From NCBI GenBank assembly GCA_000091205.1, contig AP006497.2: 64,000 nt of DNA. One strand, written 5' to 3'. The notes under the pieces were generated by a model. The model had not been told where the DNA came from, searched no databases, and saw nothing but the letters and a program-made list of their open reading frames with translations. Each line of letters begins with the position of its first letter. Position 1 is the stretch's first letter. Made by a program: the position numbers and the translations under genes. Origin of the DNA: Cyanidioschyzon merolae (Eukaryota). This document shows, in pieces, positions 58,001 to 64,000 of the stretch.

Positions 58001-61000
58001 GCCATCACGTCTTCCCGCGACGCTGGGTAAGGCGCGCCATGCGCCCTGGATTCGTTTCACCAAGAAGATCTTAGTGGAAGAGAGTTATTCAGCGCTGCAC
58101 TTGGCGCATATTTGGTCGTTAGTCATTGATAAGCAGGAGCTTTTCTTTCCAGGCTACGCGTCGCTGATGCCGCACATGGTGAACTCGTTGCCGCGTCTGG
58201 TCTCGGGCAGCGTTTCAGCTCGAGAGCACCGACGCCTTGCGTTGGAACTTGCGGGTCTCGTGGTCGCGTGGCAGCAGCGCTTGCTGCAAGTCGGGAACAA
58301 CGCCTCCATTTCATCTAACGCACCATCAGAAAATGGGGAAAGCGCAAACGCTAGTCCGCAGACGGGCTCAGCGCCGATGGCATCGCCAGATGTCGCTCGC
58401 CGTCTGGAGGATCTCTCCGCAGTTACCGAAGTGGTGCTGCAGTTTCTGATTCGCCTGCCGTTCCTGGTTTCGGAGCCAGGAGAGCACACAGAGCTTTTCA
58501 CGCGAGCGCGATCGCTACTCGTCAAAGCGCAACGCGTTTGGAACCACCTGGGCAGTGAGCGCTCACCGATTGCTCAAATGTCCTGTCTCGACAAGCTGCT
58601 GGATAATCTGGCGGCTACGGCTGCTGCGTCGCCAACGACAGCCACGGGGCAAACATCGGCTAGCGGTACAAATACCGCCGCGATGCCTGGCGCGCCGGCA
58701 CCCGCGCAGAGCCACAGTACGACGAGCACTATCTCGACATCGACAACGAGCGCAGGCGCGGCGAGCGCTGCACATCATCGCACAGCGAATGCCGGTACCG
58801 CGTCTGCGACTGTAGCACCGCCGAATAACCCGCGAGATGCGCCAGCGAGCCGAGCACGGGAAGCACTCGCGCGTTCCCGACGTCTCGTGCTGGAGCACAT
58901 CGTGGAGCTGTGCGAGTTGTTTCTCGATTGGCAGGGCATTCGCTGGATTCTCGCGAACAGTAACTCACTGCGCAAACTCGTGCGTCCGGTGCTCGCAGCG
59001 GGCATGCTACCGCTTGCCTACCGATTCGCACTGCTGTTGTGCAAACTCTGGCTCCAGATAGGGGACGCCCTGCGTACACCCGAGTCAACAGAGGATCAGA
59101 GAGCAAATCTGGAAACGGTGCGACGAGACTTGGAACAAGCGCTGTTCGAGGCACTCGATATCCATTCGGACACGGCGACGTTGCATCGCTCGTTGCTCCT
59201 GGCCCAGACGCTTGATCCAGAACGTTTCACGACGAAGCATGTGGAGCTGATTGTGCGCATTTTGCAAATCCTCATGCGAGAGTGCCTCGCAGGTATCCAG
59301 ACAAATCGTCGCATGGTGCTGATACCGGCACCAGCGTCCGGGGACCGACCCCAAGCATCTTCGAGCCGAGCGCAACTCGGCACTTCAGCCGGGCGTTCGT
59401 CGCATCCGCCTGAAGCTTCTGTTACTGGTTCTGGTACCGGAGCTTCCTGGCCAGCCGCTACAGGTACGGTTACGAAGACTGGTACTTTTTCGACCATGAC
59501 GCGTCTCGCACAGGTTGCAGGTGAATCAGCACCGTTAGGGTCTGTAGCGGACCCAACCGCCAGTGTCAAAGAGACCAAGTCCGCGCATGTGGCATCCGGC
59601 GATGAGCACTTGCCAGCCAAGGGCGGGTTCGAGTATCCAGGGGTCGCGAACCCGCTCCTTGTGTGTCTGGAGATTCTTGAGCGGCTCTTCCATGGTCTCG
59701 CGGATTATCGCCGGTCGTTTTTGCAGATGCTCTGGGTGCTCTTGGACAAGTGCTGTTACAGCGAGGTACTGATGCACGTGGTGCGCGTCCTGAGTCAGTG
59801 GATTCTCATGGATGCCGATGATCCTGGCGCATTCCTTCAGCCCAAAGAGAAAGTGCATTTTCTTGTGAAAATGACCGTGTTTGAACGTATTACCGGTGCG
59901 GAGGCGCACCTGGAAGCTTTCCTGCCGCTCGTACTGCGCCTCTTGGCGGAACCGTGCCATGCACTGCCTCGAGACTGGCTACCTCGACTCGAACGGCCGT
60001 TTATGATCGGATTGCGCGCGAGTAATCCGCAATTGCGTCAAGCGTTCTTCCAGCTTTTGGATGAATCCATCATTCGTAACCCAGTGGATCGACTCTACTA
60101 CATTTTTGAGTATCAGAGCTGGGAATCGCTTGCCGACTCGTTGTGGATTCGACAGGCAACCGCCTTGCTTCTGGCACTGGTGCAAGTCCCCGGCTCACGG
60201 ATTGAACTGACCCCGGACTGCGTTCGCCTTGGCTGTGTATCGTATCGTAGCGGCACCGCTGCGGATGACGCCATGACCTGGGAGGTCTCGCGGCCGGGCG
60301 CTGACGCTCCTACTGACGCTGCTGATGCCCCCCGTGAGACATTGACAAAGGGCGCTCAACGATCACCTACGGACGATGCGTATGTAGAAGCGTTTGCCGG
60401 TGCCTGGACGGCGCTCGACGGGCACGTCGATACAAATGCATTCTTCGAGGCGCTCCATGAACTCTTGCATCACGATGTGAGTACGCTACAAAGTCTCTGG
60501 ACCCAGCTGTTCGGAGCGGTGTGGTCGCTCCTGAGCGATCGCGAAGAACGCCTGGCCATGCAAGACGCACTGATCGCACTGCTCTGTCGCGATTATCTGC
60601 TGACACAGTGCAGGTGGCGAGTCAATGTCGTGCAGATCATTCTGGATGCGGCGACCAAGTGCGCACCGCAAGTTGTGATTCCGCCTCAGCTCGCATTGCA
60701 TCTTGCGACGCACTGGAACGCCTGGCATATTGCACTGACCTATTTGGAGCGACGTTCGCGCTCGTCGACTTTGGGTGTGGCGCGGCATTCGGATTTCGTG
60801 TTCGATTCGCTGCCTGATGGTCATGAATTTGCTGGGATTCTGGACGCGAAGGCAGAGCTCTATCGGCAGCTGAACGAGTACGATCTGTACATTGGCCTAT
60901 GGAAGCGGCGCGCGATGGACTCGCGAACGCTCTTGGCGCTGTCTCTGGAGCAACAAGGCCACTTGCCGGCAGCTCAGAACCTCTACTATGATGCGATGAC

Positions 61001-64000
61001 GAATACAGAGAGCCGAGTTGCTGTCACCGAGGCCGAAGCCGCACTCTGGGAAGATCGATGGCTGCACTGCGCCGAAGAATTGAACCAGTGGGATGCACTC
61101 ACCGAGTTTTCGCGCACAGTGATGCACCCAACGCTTCTACACGAAGCACTGTGGCGGTTGCCGGACTGGGCGGCGCTCAAAGAGCTGCTCATGAAGATGC
61201 CGCCCGAGGATAGTCCACGCCTCAAGATTCTCCAGTCGTTTGTGCAGTTACAGGAGAATCGACTGGATCAGGTGGAGCCTTTCATCTCTTCGGGAATTCG
61301 ACGCGCCCTCGAGGAGTGGCAAGGCCTCCCCGAGAACTCCAGTATTACGGCTTTTGAGCCATCGCTGGTGCTTTTCCAGCAATTTGTCGAGCTGAGTGAG
61401 AGTGCCTCGATTCTACAGGAGCTTAATAACGCGCTCCAGAACCCGACGCTGCTGGAGACGCACGCGGAGAACATTCGACTGGTGCTGGCGATGTGGCGCG
61501 ATCGTCAGGCCAATCACTGGGATCGGCTCAGCGATTGGAATCGCTTGATCTGCTGGCGTAATCACGTGCTGACTGCGGTAGTGCATACGCTGCAGGGGTT
61601 GCGTAATCGCTCGCGGGTGGATATCCCACAGCCGCTACTCTGCATGGGAATCAACGAGACTGCCTGGAATGTGAACTGCTACGCGCGAGCGGCGCGGAAA
61701 CAGCGTTTGTCTGAAGTGTGTATGCAGGCCCTGCAACGCATGTATCCTTACTCGACAATGGATGTGCAGGATTTTTTCATGAAGACCAAGGAACAGGCCA
61801 AGGCACATTTGCTGTTGCCTTCGAATGATGACGTCGCCCTGCGCGCCGGCCTCGTTCAACTACAACATACGAATCGGGAGTATTTCAATACACGCCAAAA
61901 GGCATACCTCAGTGCCTTGGAGGGCGAGTTCTACCACCGATTGGGCGAGTTTGGGGCAGCGAATCAGGCGTTTGCGTCCAGCGTCCGTGAATACGGCGAG
62001 CACGGCGGCGTCTGGCTCCGTTGGGCCCGCTACTGCGATCAACGTGGTCGTTTGGCGAGCGCCGTTCACTGCTACCTGCAAGGCATTCGCTTTGGATCTA
62101 GACAAGCGCGCGAGCATCTCGTGTCTGTGTTCCGCATCGTTTTTGCACTGGACGGGGCGTCGTCGAATGCCGTCGCTGACTCGAGTAGCCTCGAGGCGAT
62201 GCAGACAGAGCAGGCAGCAGCGACGACGACGACGACGACGACGACGACCGGCACGGCAGACGCTGCTGCTCCCGCCTCGCCGCTTACAACGACATCGGCG
62301 CCTGTTGCCGTGTCGTCGAGCAGCGCGGCGGTGTCTGCGGGCGCTTCCGCTGAGGTGCACGCCTCACAGACGCCTTCGGAGGGTCTCGGCGAGTCGCGCA
62401 CCGACGCCTGTGATGTGTGTGAATCCTTCGTCGGGGTACTCCCGGTCTGGATCTGGGTACCCTGGAGCCACGAGCTCATTTCGTTATTGTCCTTGGGACG
62501 CGAGCTCAAATTGTTGCGGCATATTTTGCTCCGCGTTGCCGGCTACTATCCAGAGGCACTCTTTTTCCAACTGCGGACGTTCATCGAGGAGCGACGGCTG
62601 CTCGATCGCCCTACCCGGATGCTCTGTCCGCGGGTGGATCAGATCCAACTTCCAGTGATGCATCCGCTGCGTTCCCAAGTCGCCAGCGGGATACCTCCCT
62701 CGAGCAGCAGCAGTAGCAGCACATCGAGCGCGAAGAGGAACGACCCCACAACAATAACCGCAGCAGCTGCAGCTGCTGCTACTACTGCCGGTGCGGATCG
62801 GTCCCGCAAACCGGAGTCGACGACGACGACGACGACGACGACGCTCTCTGCTGCCGGAAATGAACCATCGAGCGTTGCTGCTTCAGCCGGGAACACTGCC
62901 GGGAACAGCGCCCAAAAAGATGCGGAAAACGCAAGTGCCAGCGGTGCGAACGCGGCTTCAACGGGAGCGACGCCCGCACCAAACCAGCCACGCGGCTCAG
63001 GCACGAGTGCGCTCCCGAGTGTCGAGCAGAATATTCTCAGCATGTTGCAGTTGCCACTCGGAGATACACCATTCGAAATCGCCGACACTGTGCTGGCGTT
63101 CATGGTGAAGCAACACCCCCAGCTTCTCGTTGAGTTGGAGACCATTGCTCGTGAACTTAGTTTGCGCATGAAACCAAGCGCTGAAGAACAGGTGCTGCAC
63201 GTGCTGAATGCACTGCTGCATCGATGCTGGAGCCTGCCACCGCTGATGCATCGTGAGGTGAGCTCGGGCATGCGCAGCGCCCTCGAGGAGGTCAGCAAGA
63301 TGTGTTTCGGGACCGGGTTGGCCGCGGACGAGTTCCACGTACCACCGACGTTGGCAGATCTCCGTGAGGCCTTTGAGGCAGAACTTGCACCGCAGACCGC
63401 CAAAAACTTTCCAAAAACGATAGAGCCGTTTGTTGCTCTGCTGAGAAAGTGGCGGGGAATCTTCAGCCGGCGCGTTCAAGCCATGCCTGAAACGCTGCGC
63501 CTAGAGCGAGTCTCCCGCAAATTGGTCGACGTTCGTGATTCCCAGCTGCACGTGTTCGGTCAACTCATTCAACTGGCCCAGGAGGATGGCGAGCCTCTGC
63601 CCGATCTCCTGGTCCATATCCAGAGTTTTAGCGTCGACGTGCAAGTTGTCCACCATTGTGGGAGTTCCGCACGCGGCATCGCGGTAACCGGATCCGACGG
63701 CCGTCAGTACCGGTTCCTCGTGGAGACAGCACTTGGGGCGTCGCTCCAACGCAGTGAAGATCGCGTTGGACACGTTTGTCGCTTCATGAACGCACTCTTC
63801 CAACGGGACAGCGAAGCTCGCCGTCGTCGGTTGGTAGCTCTGGTGCCGTTCTCGCTGCCGCTGAGTCCGCAGGCACGACTCGTTGCGTATCAGGAAAACA
63901 CCCTGCGCATCCAGCACGCGTTGCAGGCATTCTGTGAGTGTCACGGATTTGACATGGATGATACGCTGGTGGCTTTCCGCGATACCTGTGCACTGCGATT
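52083..64000 (+). CDS. TRRAP: Tra1/TRRAP-type PIKK-family transcription-associated protein (HEAT/FAT scaffold with the start of the kinase-like domain). Partial: at least 3972 codons in one exon, and the ORF continues past the 3' end of the window.
   Basis: The N-terminus …LKLLIELRENIEWFQSTDYQQFLDQLIPCFEQILT… matches the conserved TRRAP/Tra1 N-terminal helices. I checked frame 0 open at 52083-53400 and 63000-64000. The C-terminal region …VQVVHHCGSSARGIAVTGSDGRQYRFLVE… matches the PIKK pseudo-kinase entry (Tra1 …RRLTIRGHDGS.HPFLVQ). No stop before 64000. Confidence 0.9.
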   Translation, partial: MPSSPTPGELRARLEDPQLTSAERLKLLIELRENIEWFQSTDYQQFLDQLIPCFEQILTTLTRPQLEENAEQALRRTVLEVLSRLPHGEALRPHARRLLQMCQYVLDVDDAEPNAVLALQIMFECHKAYRPQLAAAIPPFLDFVLRIYGVFEWRESDDDSLVAEDTGQQDTYLEPGLEQDGSVEAASRNRPTNVRYAPALRSYRTVRECPPLFMYLSQHYPALIEPRLDELLAVMVRAIEIQVPPTSPARALPIYHDFITAQMKTVSFISFLLRQFESRMLQYAERVPRSVVNLLLNCPDSAVSIRKELLIASRHLLATEFRRGFFLQTDLLLDEKVLIGTSRAAYETLRPLAYSFLAELVHFVRLEVTLPQLSRIIYLFSTNVHDASLSFSMQATSIRLLLNLIEGIMHRREDLNTRGRQLLERIFETIVTKLMEVAEVVPSLLVSTGAADGNDAEDKANGSASSQRASSPIPEPSASTETGAMRPSAVPDEKSQEERSKEVQECRQLVRTLVLGLKTIVWSMSNAFGDSRTRGLTEWECILVSRMLPAARTCFQLYKFGEPAEQKEILDQFAQVFTVMTPRNFQDIIGGRLPQLLAFMVEHQTALSIPQHFLANTSTSRFFADILITFLTEHLEQVVSDDAARASVLLRLFKIMFASVTLFADNEPVLKPHLGTIVRRCLELAATAENPTNALQVLRALFKSLAGGRFELLYREFVPMLYYLLHSLERLMQGPLGESHGLLLIELCLTAPARPSTIFPYLRMHMRPLVRGLDSESELTSLSFRTFEFWIDTLHPEVLERLMQAVQPELERALWRYLSPTSPFSAQAVRILGKLGGLNRKTPRELTPLPWQQPVQAIHAALAWCDRAEPLTVALDEVINAAVDAVLFQASYKVAAYTLLQQVMIAALSSALPPQIKGCPADLLPASVYTMTSAFPRLQVSKTIYTRMLTALFFASGDDALQQTRNAVEFARQLCDYFCRIWMAPVLMEKSTLSALEAAALNAHRTPPENITEWTRFPAAVTIDCFLDALVEAAVLQQKTLDLAAAAKDLNLFALSRCVELFKGDFRGPQRPVVPASDAAEVAAPDSKPLTAAAKGARATEAPSAETAATTAVDAPEHESVDRLRDDHRGADTATCVDEEIAPPLHSVAGASRLTEQLALLVERISHLGYRERWQDRLSCAMLLAGIIEQLPTVVFLDRSYCLYEARLVRVLLQVLKGCAQEGMASRKPAPLVRQTLETLLRRCHEPTSPAWALEDVTSSTIPETDRPSKTNASTPRARCGDVVACLVFDLASEHQAVRETVHASLAQLLRYGVGQNMAEVLALAQTQILRPLLSRRVRTLHYSSQVGHVDCLHYCLENGIIRPFIDQETSLLRTSLVAAMEIFEDPINTRLGEADALMLNRLLENRFVDQETITAIVMLREKVLQFLALCLRQIDQLVHTPNEDIRSLYARLVACFFRGVESRHEAVTRAAKHGLRVFTERSRQLPRGILSSNLRPILQNLSDTNKLSLPYAQTLANVLEVLSNWFNVQLGERLVEHLMNLRAGNPRNPSLLAARIIDLFHLLPPAASRFLDRLIAIVLSFEDEMGPADTGAGHHGLQSRWAGSMSPYRAPLLRYLEKHANLAIGYFLERIRFANYALLFQSLLRAHNAENLRRELANDVSRFIAATFDRGHLLQGLLIVDALESFQAGWIATQRPIYNIALQIWQSAERLERLRREETLPVDQLAESSLLAHVILAYCAVHHGEVDGLYALLSIFSLRTLRDFSFVRRFLTETVAQSYPILYRKKIVERFLERYLDPELSDEVKMYALLYLVIPILRQAFRAGEGLAILDAVTLEVLVKRLFTSTPPASEALTDASADGGGGGDTAPMLASPAESDVLGEALLQLSTLLIEEMPIELVQYRREIIRFGWNYLKRDDSIAKPWAFLNVARFFEAYQAPEKIVLQVFVALLRASQSEQRALVRQALRIVTSILPSRLPATLGKARHAPWIRFTKKILVEESYSALHLAHIWSLVIDKQELFFPGYASLMPHMVNSLPRLVSGSVSAREHRRLALELAGLVVAWQQRLLQVGNNASISSNAPSENGESANASPQTGSAPMASPDVARRLEDLSAVTEVVLQFLIRLPFLVSEPGEHTELFTRARSLLVKAQRVWNHLGSERSPIAQMSCLDKLLDNLAATAAASPTTATGQTSASGTNTAAMPGAPAPAQSHSTTSTISTSTTSAGAASAAHHRTANAGTASATVAPPNNPRDAPASRAREALARSRRLVLEHIVELCELFLDWQGIRWILANSNSLRKLVRPVLAAGMLPLAYRFALLLCKLWLQIGDALRTPESTEDQRANLETVRRDLEQALFEALDIHSDTATLHRSLLLAQTLDPERFTTKHVELIVRILQILMRECLAGIQTNRRMVLIPAPASGDRPQASSSRAQLGTSAGRSSHPPEASVTGSGTGASWPAATGTVTKTGTFSTMTRLAQVAGESAPLGSVADPTASVKETKSAHVASGDEHLPAKGGFEYPGVANPLLVCLEILERLFHGLADYRRSFLQMLWVLLDKCCYSEVLMHVVRVLSQWILMDADDPGAFLQPKEKVHFLVKMTVFERITGAEAHLEAFLPLVLRLLAEPCHALPRDWLPRLERPFMIGLRASNPQLRQAFFQLLDESIIRNPVDRLYYIFEYQSWESLADSLWIRQATALLLALVQVPGSRIELTPDCVRLGCVSYRSGTAADDAMTWEVSRPGADAPTDAADAPRETLTKGAQRSPTDDAYVEAFAGAWTALDGHVDTNAFFEALHELLHHDVSTLQSLWTQLFGAVWSLLSDREERLAMQDALIALLCRDYLLTQCRWRVNVVQIILDAATKCAPQVVIPPQLALHLATHWNAWHIALTYLERRSRSSTLGVARHSDFVFDSLPDGHEFAGILDAKAELYRQLNEYDLYIGLWKRRAMDSRTLLALSLEQQGHLPAAQNLYYDAMTNTESRVAVTEAEAALWEDRWLHCAEELNQWDALTEFSRTVMHPTLLHEALWRLPDWAALKELLMKMPPEDSPRLKILQSFVQLQENRLDQVEPFISSGIRRALEEWQGLPENSSITAFEPSLVLFQQFVELSESASILQELNNALQNPTLLETHAENIRLVLAMWRDRQANHWDRLSDWNRLICWRNHVLTAVVHTLQGLRNRSRVDIPQPLLCMGINETAWNVNCYARAARKQRLSEVCMQALQRMYPYSTMDVQDFFMKTKEQAKAHLLLPSNDDVALRAGLVQLQHTNREYFNTRQKAYLSALEGEFYHRLGEFGAANQAFASSVREYGEHGGVWLRWARYCDQRGRLASAVHCYLQGIRFGSRQAREHLVSVFRIVFALDGASSNAVADSSSLEAMQTEQAAATTTTTTTTTGTADAAAPASPLTTTSAPVAVSSSSAAVSAGASAEVHASQTPSEGLGESRTDACDVCESFVGVLPVWIWVPWSHELISLLSLGRELKLLRHILLRVAGYYPEALFFQLRTFIEERRLLDRPTRMLCPRVDQIQLPVMHPLRSQVASGIPPSSSSSSSTSSAKRNDPTTITAAAAAAATTAGADRSRKPESTTTTTTTTLSAAGNEPSSVAASAGNTAGNSAQKDAENASASGANAASTGATPAPNQPRGSGTSALPSVEQNILSMLQLPLGDTPFEIADTVLAFMVKQHPQLLVELETIARELSLRMKPSAEEQVLHVLNALLHRCWSLPPLMHREVSSGMRSALEEVSKMCFGTGLAADEFHVPPTLADLREAFEAELAPQTAKNFPKTIEPFVALLRKWRGIFSRRVQAMPETLRLERVSRKLVDVRDSQLHVFGQLIQLAQEDGEPLPDLLVHIQSFSVDVQVVHHCGSSARGIAVTGSDGRQYRFLVETALGASLQRSEDRVGHVCRFMNALFQRDSEARRRRLVALVPFSLPLSPQARLVAYQENTLRIQHALQAFCECHGFDMDDTLVAFRDTCALR

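Noticed and set aside
1-64000. Prokaryotic origin suggested by the HNH endonuclease and LysS-like synthetase
   Set aside because: The window also encodes eukaryote-specific proteins (S28e, TRRAP, PMS1 with a long linker, Nup85-like, DDX27-like) with no operon structure. The bacterial-type proteins carry N-terminal extensions typical of nuclear-encoded organellar proteins.

Overview
This window is GC-rich (about 55-60%), intron-poor eukaryotic nuclear DNA. The eukaryotic call rests on three clearly eukaryote-type proteins: ribosomal protein S28e, a PMS1/PMS2-type MutL homolog, and a giant Tra1/TRRAP-type PIKK whose single uninterrupted reading frame exceeds 11.9 kb and runs off the 3' end of the window. 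Two bacterial-type proteins carry N-terminal presequences (an HNH endonuclease and a LysS-type lysyl-tRNA synthetase), which suggests organelle-targeted products and possibly an algal or protist host. I cannot name the organism from sequence alone. About 18 protein-coding genes sit on both strands, roughly one per 3-4 kb. I found no rRNA, tRNA or CRISPR. The unusual content is repeat architecture. Three separate 5-6.5 kb multi-gene blocks are each bracketed by a private pair of long (0.4-0.8 kb), about 96-99% identical repeats. One pair is inverted (6544-6937 and 12303-12698, enclosing the HNH endonuclease and GST genes). Two pairs are direct (14857-15637 and 22193-22967 around the Yip1-like and PMS1 genes; 33300-33750 and 38931-39380 around zinc-finger and WD40 genes). 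There is also a ten-copy 106-bp satellite with higher-order alternation, a 75-bp minisatellite upstream of PMS1, a (CCTG)n microsatellite in the GST promoter, a roughly 300-bp dispersed repeat family, and stacked short repeats in the TRRAP promoter. Product calls come from motif recognition by eye, not database searches.
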